Assembly (NCBI GenBank): GCA_043813605.1
Contig: JBDRKX010000047.1
Coordinates: forward strand, 64,001 to 128,000
Direction: 5' to 3'
DNA: 64,000 nt
From: Elusimicrobiota bacterium
GTDB taxonomy: Bacteria > CG03 > SLGR01 > JBDRKX01
Each line of letters starts with the position of its first letter. Positions within the stretch are counted from its first letter, which is position 1. Positions 60,801-64,000 of the stretch are shown piece after piece. The position numbers were made by a program, and so were the translations under genes. The notes under the pieces were generated by a model. The model made no database searches, was not told the DNA's origin, and worked only from the letters and a program-made list of their open reading frames with translations.

Positions 60801-63800
60801 CCTGTATACAAGCAGGTTCCTGTTTGCTTCTTCCCTTCTTGTTTTTTCTATAGATTCGTTCCTGTCCGATAATCTGTCTTTCTTCGCAGGGTCATACACG
60901 AACAACCTTATGTCATCTTTAGGGGATATAACAGGTTCTATAATGTTCCTGCCGGGATTAAGGCTCCTTTTTAATTCGTTCAGGTTCTCATACAGGTCGG
61001 CTGATGTCCCGCTATCAGCTACAATAGATAAAGCGTCAAATCCCACTTCAACGTTTATTCCTCTATTGATCCTTTCTATTAATGAAGATATCCTCCTTAT
61101 TATCTCATCATCACTTATCTCTCCCACTATGATTATCACAGGTTCATCAGGTAATCCCCTGTAAAGTGAAACCCGCGTACCCAGGAATCCCAGTTCTTTC
61201 TCTACTTCATAGAATATCCTTCCCACCACCTTATCTCCATCCAGAAGGCCGTGTTTACTGTTGACAGCTTTGAGCCTGTTCCAGCTCTTTCTTTTCTGCG
61301 AACGCAGCTTGTCATCCAGTCCTTCTCCCCTGTAGTAAGGCAGCAGCCTTATCACGGTGGTCTTGACTCCGGAAGCAAGCAGGTCATCCAGTTTTTCAAA
61401 ACTCGCGTTCCGTTTAGGTATAGTGGGCACCGGAGTGATTATGTTTATAACTTCAGGAGTTATTGCCGGCTCATGCGCTTCCAGGTCAGCCGGTATGACT
61501 TTCTGCACCACTGTATTCTTGACCCTGTTCGCTTCTTCTTCCGCCCTGGAACTGTATTCCGCAGCTATCTCGAAGAATACTCTTGCCGGCAGATCCTGTT
61601 TTGATTCAGGCAGGTCTTCTATCTTGACAGAACCTATAGATATTTCAGGATAGAAGAGCCAGCCGTCATTATACCTGTCAAGCTTCAAGTCAACTCCGGT
61701 CTTCTCTTTTAACTCCGATAACGATCCGCCTAGATCGCCGTTTCTTACCAGGAAAAGCACCAGGTATTCACCGCCGTACTTCTCTACCACACCTACCTGT
61801 CTTACCTGTTCCAGCTTACTGAGTTCCTCAGGAGTCAACTTGTCTTTATCTATTACGGCTACTCCGTATTTACCGCGGAACGTATCAATAACTCTTTTTC
61901 GCATGTTTTCAAAAACTTCTACTGCCCGTTCATCTTCTATTCCGGCCGGCAGATATATGAACGATTCGTCACCTTCCCACAGATAAGCGAATCCGTTAAG
62001 TTTTGCCGCTTCTCTGTTCATTGCCCTCATATGGCGCTCGATAATAAACCCGGCGAATTTTGAGCCGTACAGTTTGAATATCTCTCCGAAATTATCCAGG
62101 TCACCCTGGGCAAGATAACCCGAACGCTCGCCTTTTTCGAATATATCTATGAGCCTTCTTTCGCCTTTAAGCCTGGTCATATATTTTTCTTCAACAGCTT
62201 CTTCTGCGGCTTCCATCTCCCTCATGATCGCTTCCGCCCGTTCTTTCTCAGCCCTACCCCTGTATACCTTCTTGATCGCGTCAGCCATGAACTCCGGTTT
62301 ATTCAGGTAGACTTCCTGGTTGGAAGCATATTTGACCGCCTCAGGCAGGTTCTTGAAAACTTTAAAATCATGGATAAGTTCGCCTTCATTGACAAAAGCC
62401 ACCGAATCCATGGTCTGAGTGAGGTCACCGCTGACCGTTTCGACATACAGACGGCCATTCTTGTAGCGAAGGTTCATTGGAACATTAATACCGTCTCCCC
62501 GTATGTGTCCTGACCATTTCGCGAGATTATACATGTTACTGAATTTATTGTAGGGCGGATTCTCGAGACTATCGAAGAATTTCTTGTACTCTGATTTTTT
62601 ATTAGACGGATTCGTATTCAGGGTCTCCAGAAGGAAACTCTTTTCCGTACCGTCCTCCATTTTCACACTCACCCAGTTACCGCCCTTCTGATTACCCGGA
62701 TTGGATACAAGCTCCACTATTATCTCATTACCCCTGTCCGCCTGGAGAAGACCGTAAGCTATCTTATCTACGTCAATTACTTCCGTCCACCTTGCCATAT
62801 CGTTTATACGGTGAACGCCCATAAGAGGATTCTCTATTTCTCCCTGCAGTCCTGCAAGGTGTTCCATCACGCTCTTTTCTTCAAGATATAACCGGGATCC
62901 GCTTTCTGTGCGGTAAAATGACTGACCCGCTTCTGTCATCTGAAGTGTTGCGTGCCCGTGGCCGGCGGGAAGTTTATTGCTTGACCCGTCAAAATTTAAT
63001 TTTTCATCATACCCGTTAAATACCGGCTGAATAAGTATATGTACATTTTCCGGGGTGAATCCGTAAAATAAGTTTTTTACCAGATCATCATATGCTTCGG
63101 TGAACGCTTCTTCATTCAGGTTTATCACTATATTTGCAGCTGATATCACTTCTTCCGGTTTCATTCCATGCTGAGCAGCTAAAGCTTCGAGCGCCATCCT
63201 GTACTGTATTATCTGGCGGGGACCCATGCCTACTGACACCGGTTCACCTATCCTGTATCCCTGCATCTCTTCCTGTAATTCCCGTGTTATCTCGCTCTTT
63301 ATACGGTCATAACTCTTTCGGTCAAGACCGCGTTTTTTAAATTCCGCCTCTGTAAGACCGTCGATGTATTCGTCATATTTTTCCCGTATAGCTTCTTCTG
63401 TTTTCCGGCTCAGCCCGCTCTCTATACCCAATACGACATTAGCTAATGCCTGTATATCGACATCCCACATGGGGCCGAGACCCAGCCGGGTCGCCGCTCC
63501 GGCAAACAGGAATTGCGGTATATAACCGTTATTAAGTAATGCCCTGACCGCTTTTTCAGTGTATTTTGAATAATCCCTGCTCCTCATAAAATTCCCCAGA
63601 AGACCTACTTTACCCTGTGAAAGATCATCTCCTTTTATCTCCCTGTCAGCTATACGAAGTATATTAGCCTTGTCTACCAGCGCATCTATTTCACTGTCTA
63701 TTTTATCCCGGAGTTCCGGAGAAGCTGCCGGGCGCCGGGCAATAAGTTTCTCCAGCCTTTCTCTCTCGTCTTTTGATAACCTGTTAAGCAGTTTATCTAT

Positions 63801-64000
63801 GGATTCTTTTACATTCACACCGGCTATAACCGGTTCAGCGCTTACAGTTTCTTCTAACTCAGGAATTAAAGTCCGTCTTATCTCTTCAGGAATTAAGTCT
63901 TTAATCCTCGCGCCTGCAACACCCATTACTTCATCTGCTCCACCATAATAGACTAAAATATCGTCATCTTCATCAAGAATTTCATTTGAATCTTTGTATT
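51819..64000 (-). CDS. Giant multidomain protein, gene B (C-terminal >4,050 aa; start outside the window)
   Basis: The ORF track gives 4035 aa from an internal Met. The frame stays open to the window edge (…DDDILVYYGGADEVMGVA…), so the true start is upstream. It shares modules with gene A. Confidence 0.93.
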   Translation of the reverse strand, partial: YKDSNEILDEDDDILVYYGGADEVMGVAGARIKDLIPEEIRRTLIPELEETVSAEPVIAGVNVKESIDKLLNRLSKDERERLEKLIARRPAASPELRDKIDSEIDALVDKANILRIADREIKGDDLSQGKVGLLGNFMRSRDYSKYTEKAVRALLNNGYIPQFLFAGAATRLGLGPMWDVDIQALANVVLGIESGLSRKTEEAIREKYDEYIDGLTEAEFKKRGLDRKSYDRIKSEITRELQEEMQGYRIGEPVSVGMGPRQIIQYRMALEALAAQHGMKPEEVISAANIVINLNEEAFTEAYDDLVKNLFYGFTPENVHILIQPVFNGYDEKLNFDGSSNKLPAGHGHATLQMTEAGQSFYRTESGSRLYLEEKSVMEHLAGLQGEIENPLMGVHRINDMARWTEVIDVDKIAYGLLQADRGNEIIVELVSNPGNQKGGNWVSVKMEDGTEKSFLLETLNTNPSNKKSEYKKFFDSLENPPYNKFSNMYNLAKWSGHIRGDGINVPMNLRYKNGRLYVETVSGDLTQTMDSVAFVNEGELIHDFKVFKNLPEAVKYASNQEVYLNKPEFMADAIKKVYRGRAEKERAEAIMREMEAAEEAVEEKYMTRLKGERRLIDIFEKGERSGYLAQGDLDNFGEIFKLYGSKFAGFIIERHMRAMNREAAKLNGFAYLWEGDESFIYLPAGIEDERAVEVFENMRKRVIDTFRGKYGVAVIDKDKLTPEELSKLEQVRQVGVVEKYGGEYLVLFLVRNGDLGGSLSELKEKTGVDLKLDRYNDGWLFYPEISIGSVKIEDLPESKQDLPARVFFEIAAEYSSRAEEEANRVKNTVVQKVIPADLEAHEPAITPEVINIITPVPTIPKRNASFEKLDDLLASGVKTTVIRLLPYYRGEGLDDKLRSQKRKSWNRLKAVNSKHGLLDGDKVVGRIFYEVEKELGFLGTRVSLYRGLPDEPVIIIVGEISDDEIIRRISSLIERINRGINVEVGFDALSIVADSGTSADLYENLNELKRSLNPGRNIIEPVISPKDDIRLFVYDPAKKDRLSDRNESIEKTRREEANRNLLVYREMERLRPVLGEIEVGEKDIESSINKLESSKWVKITGTKLVTQVEKLVKNRFPATAVTVKRNAEQLAQRGEILRELDIPVNVTNLTLNNSYYEDIGSLKTELKNKGFSIPDTNRLVRIFFETKKYLRRNPVKGIYTRVNFLDMVDKTVRLVQSVEKATGIPEKLQSELTRALLTETFINPSNVNITQKLIDDTTETESYLRTHQLKRIRNVAARIYPLKITGAIGKGASQESAATVPLLKLSRRQKSFVMEKIMQITGKAMDRGLLGDDRIYSITGLLEKYLREGKIVVFNEIVKGDEDYLFAFFTDDKIAIGAKFLDEMSLFSDYLDEVLFHEGFGAVYGESDYREHRAVYTGIQREVFDPANPLKSILRDYISKQVSKITLAYVPRNPNKPRDFDNMPRLTVSTKDGVRLAMVLDVVSGNFADVFEHPFDKNLVIKVIRKYVSDRPGQGYYQIKEEFEMLEKMHKAGLAPKPLEWGLFGDNQAYVVVEKVEGTTLDKLTFASINQDRLPAETLEMVRQLIRGLIDKGFAVDDLWKTSNIMIGSVAGGEVMAYILDAGEVTLTSDDRIIIKDMDLESFYKTRITNDFWEKVLRDINMRKKLLGTEPITEESLGRVSAVPVEDAHEKRVSELKESIQKSWRNRNGFYGMLGYSVDSPEVKERLDNLVKLAEDIIKKYKGKLNGYDIVSIYANGGYLWRPDLKPEDIDIVIVVKGNEPYQKWGELKEIGLLTEDLRRIKVGISFAGENTISESILETIISENSVLLSGKEIKTEASHRDFLNWASLLAKEAKEKIEQMKPDLEKAGKLLFQARFILYTLTQDAAFNPEKILEVKTAASLREIISGTNNKIQIELERLAEPAEAVEEIPELVDWTFDKHKINDIEILEGEAVKIVNVSNSGIVKAGRITESGEWQAYPDIVLDRQADGKYQAVLPEDADEFTFRWDTPEGWKWEDLSYRAGNNFRINKVSFREEILREDWGYYSKRIKKYLAKAGKFGWKTSAEKELVTYLDNAGIIINTEIRDVAIESLYPVLKAVAQFDKKDRKRLLKILQRNKFESTIADAIMFMYDIIPEGWFEKNAAELKGKTIYSLSSENTLIAGGLGYVLQVHEKFMMDLGANVVTVEPRYKMRMNKEGEPELIDYTKELLATELEEIYSYKITVGDIETPVRILRGKNKHGQEVLLIEEVVDPSIQEAMLFVTTGDKYAFETDKSGMVESGLIGLYKEAVRLQSEGKTELIREHVERHSEWFFSYFRHQIDRIPEGNPVRVDLEKIIELPDPLWDKYLQLMGFIKDLDRVRPRYTNMLFDHEYMAKQEIEIFPDDMATDLQIASKNLVKGNSYTFEEGRPAAPGLLGLYNDALRLFNEGKTDLLYHHASQDWFFNYVKHELEKLPDFNQVKNVLGFLSDLHTYDTIPGDNKVLAFNNIMYYLGVLQDIRAKYTNTIYAYRSFGNSSEEEFNAFFAKASRELLVREKAEFVYGNDAQSAAAIALLREEKDRAGSDLKDTHLAFTTHTFGNRQVQDVGKLEYAMNLIGLDKRYWSAFVRDNMMDMTSGAVRLADSVNTVSRKQKIVLERDSYDPNARYEAVTNGDELTRVQNKIKAIYKELRGKKLKDIADLEWKDARDIVGRAVEMLNDRMGFDLDPEQPISSYAGRNVDIKVSPFRAYTHNNIRKLAKERKQTVLFSRIQAYQASIDLANGYKDLQADILGIDPEFVNTIVDYYMEKEGAVTYSDILALLPESIDGVENRKRKYLDIAMEDYMPEKVLKDGEKRKDFDIRKFMDDLKTSSAVLSSLKSVSPVFMDRVIRRAARKGSIKTLAELVKLSTGNEKEARRLLEKNHGSAKEILKAVNDAVGFFAHKPGRSDYNGQLEFVGQFTDEEKQLMLIASSLVVLDSEDETGTCEYTEVNGSAAMSLILASPWVLKASDHKDIIGEGIIGEANIKGVNMVIPKDTNPDSYFETMNNTLERAVTDPEGFYASLANSAKIAQILHGLNTAGLGYLRTWNNNMKNERIAKEAAVRLVGGFLEEISGYEDKELYSLLKGVLDTGRNNTTTFGFNINPVAGGITDGWYEQALGGLRSFLEKKQHIEKYLWAGTIPQLKSGDYNRYIAELLGGINGSDKISEWLGFLYHSPDLGIYKKNEILNYFLQRLTDRLASLYDETDSRLLAASITLSTLEEHIKKTEIEKYITIDELKKKSAGLYTLNDFYDLVASGGIPGMTVAGNVDKKQYDDSRRREKYKEAMPGKTYGYSLGMRGLARKTGIYWSLTTMFGMKDFLRAEKELNIDTSTPEAFIRMLTDPERVPDEPIVYFVPDKSLYTFRTMVSSQEVIWALKNSDRLKNVYFIFGAYDTISEDYWKTAAPGDNVSGRNTEQGIRVINAFNKVFKSKIPAAVPEKLTGAAILEDLPAGQRNRFNEARTRILNIIDRVFIANNMEVPEEFGSIIDIKSVLENSSFVFEERPVQRAGVISVSQEDMRGFSVPELVQVLMQRALEINLADIEQPDLTTKAQDLIKYLSLMVDDKNLMKPGVAVGTVNTDISQGIESGLSIGLRPGLKKDQIDNMFRGDRNQIAGNLLNAFEYDSYSAREAAREELAGYLKTADKDHLKAMLKLLDGTARRSPVSVFISRILNGLIGFFNIPVNMLAQPTLQNRRLVVLLTHNDEFSAGRVLSHAGSNSIYMHINTLFNVTSYAEKTALRHILKHENGDLIRGSHAEDIPVKTFDNKVKPLWNKQLYFDNLKNALMEMNTGLNSIETGSKSYYLADEGRLVIDSMTVRRLTGLYEANPSMAIKAIKLHALFRMSEDENGKFSDDIFESKMATYGINKDEIAPYTLWFEAYSAGFLGDDTMLKWHVTDRLKGFRPETMEIVYEKVQKLNEQFFLGQKRVVDPTARGTSAPKEIKKPIKEKKERMERFVDLIRRLGNSVVGIPVTPTSLAMITTQGRLDKIAAYALGEQRDDSMLEVLKNMFVYVNNIISRKQESRLFENLNNIRSMVEAT
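52615..53250 (-). repeat. KNLMK/HExxD repeat module, copy D (gene B)
   Basis: KNLMKPGV...NRRLVVLLTHNDEFSAGRVLSHAGSNSIYMHIN...ILKHENGDLIRGSH...KPLW. Confidence 0.88.
53655..54335 (-). repeat. Unknown ~220-aa domain shared with gene A (26370-27025)
   Basis: GIYWSLTTMFGMKDFLRAE and RLKNVYFIFGAYD are shared with the gene A copy. Confidence 0.9.
54750..57560 (-). other. GT-B alpha-glucan phosphorylase/glycogen-synthase-like (GT35/GT5) domain with insertions
   Basis: SLSSE..IAGGLG, VEPRY, YGNDAQSA, FTTHT, DMTSGAVRLADSVNTVS, AVTNG, YAGRNVDIK, GTCEYTEVNG. Confidence 0.72.
57910..58140 (-). other. Small Trp-rich beta domain, probable carbohydrate-binding module
   Basis: GEWQAY...GKYQAVLP...EFTFRW...WKWED...GNNFRI, immediately N-terminal to the GT-B domain. 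Confidence 0.5.
58330..58800 (-). other. Pol-beta-like nucleotidyltransferase domain plus helical (HEPN-like) segment
   Basis: SIYANGGYLW...EDIDIVIVV (G[GS]...DxD), followed by an all-helical stretch. Confidence 0.6.
59110..59580 (-). other. Protein-kinase-like domain (paralogue of 13390-13830)
   Basis: SGNFADVFEHPFD, VIKVI, EEFEML, VEKVEG, DDLWKTSNIMIG, YILDAG. Confidence 0.8.
59680..60145 (-). repeat. GAIG/FHE zincin-like repeat module, copy 4 (gene B)
   Basis: GAIGKG...EDYLFAF...YLDEVLFHEGFGAVYGESDYREHRAVYTGIQREVFDPANPLK. Confidence 0.9.
60980..62130 (-). other. Two degenerate GGDEF-like domains
   Basis: GDLDNFGEI...YG...YLWEGDESFIYL, and RLKAVNSKHGLLDGDKVV...YRGLPDEPVII. Confidence 0.6.
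62330..63560 (-). other. UDP-sugar pyrophosphorylase-like (UDPGP family) domain
   Basis: LFAGAATRLG, ILIQP, PAGHGH, NQKGG, LLET, ETVSGD. Confidence 0.7.
63880..64000 (-). other. C-terminal end of a GH130-like domain (gene B)
   Basis: DILVYYGGADEVMGVA matches the GH130 C-terminal YYGxAD...GVA motif. Confidence 0.65.

Noticed and set aside
63924..63926. Met at 63926 as the start of gene B
   Set aside because: The frame is open upstream to the window edge, and the Met lies inside a GH130 C-terminal motif (YYGGADEVMGVA).
51..63948. The numerous + strand ORFs of 60-276 aa in the ORF track
   Set aside because: They lie antisense to the minus-strand genes, have Ser/Phe/Ile-rich shadow composition and show no recognisable motifs.
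1..64000. CRISPR arrays, tRNA/rRNA genes, IS elements or integrases
   Set aside because: I saw no regularly spaced DNA repeats, RNA gene signatures or transposase motifs. The repeats present are diverged protein-level modules.

Overview
Almost the whole window is two giant minus-strand genes separated by a ~700-bp spacer. Gene A starts at ATG 51112 and runs off the left edge. It stayed in one open frame wherever I translated it (>17,000 aa visible) and is missing from the ORF track, presumably because it has no stop inside the window. It begins with a signal/TM segment and a QDLH...GIEG...GLED...GGFH domain of the kind I recognise from Omnitrophota/Elusimicrobiota giant proteins. About 30 enzyme-like domains follow: two HD domains, four kinase-like domains, ChaN-like, PHA-type alpha/beta hydrolase, a possible beta-barrel, three PD-(D/E)xK nucleases, glycogen debranching enzyme, GH77, two LOG domains, two metallophosphoesterases, CPBP protease, phosphoglycosyl transferase, GNAT, NagB, two GH130, HAD, NdvB-like glucoamylase plus GH94, and a P-loop. 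Recurring zincin-like modules sit between them. Gene B (51819..>64000, >4,050 aa, 5'-truncated) is the C-terminal part of a related giant that shares several modules. The spacer holds a 183-aa membrane ORF whose stop codon lies inside an intrinsic terminator just upstream of gene A, which suggests attenuation. The many + strand ORFs are antisense shadows. Domain calls come from manual translation and motif recognition only, and domain boundaries are approximate (tens of bases).
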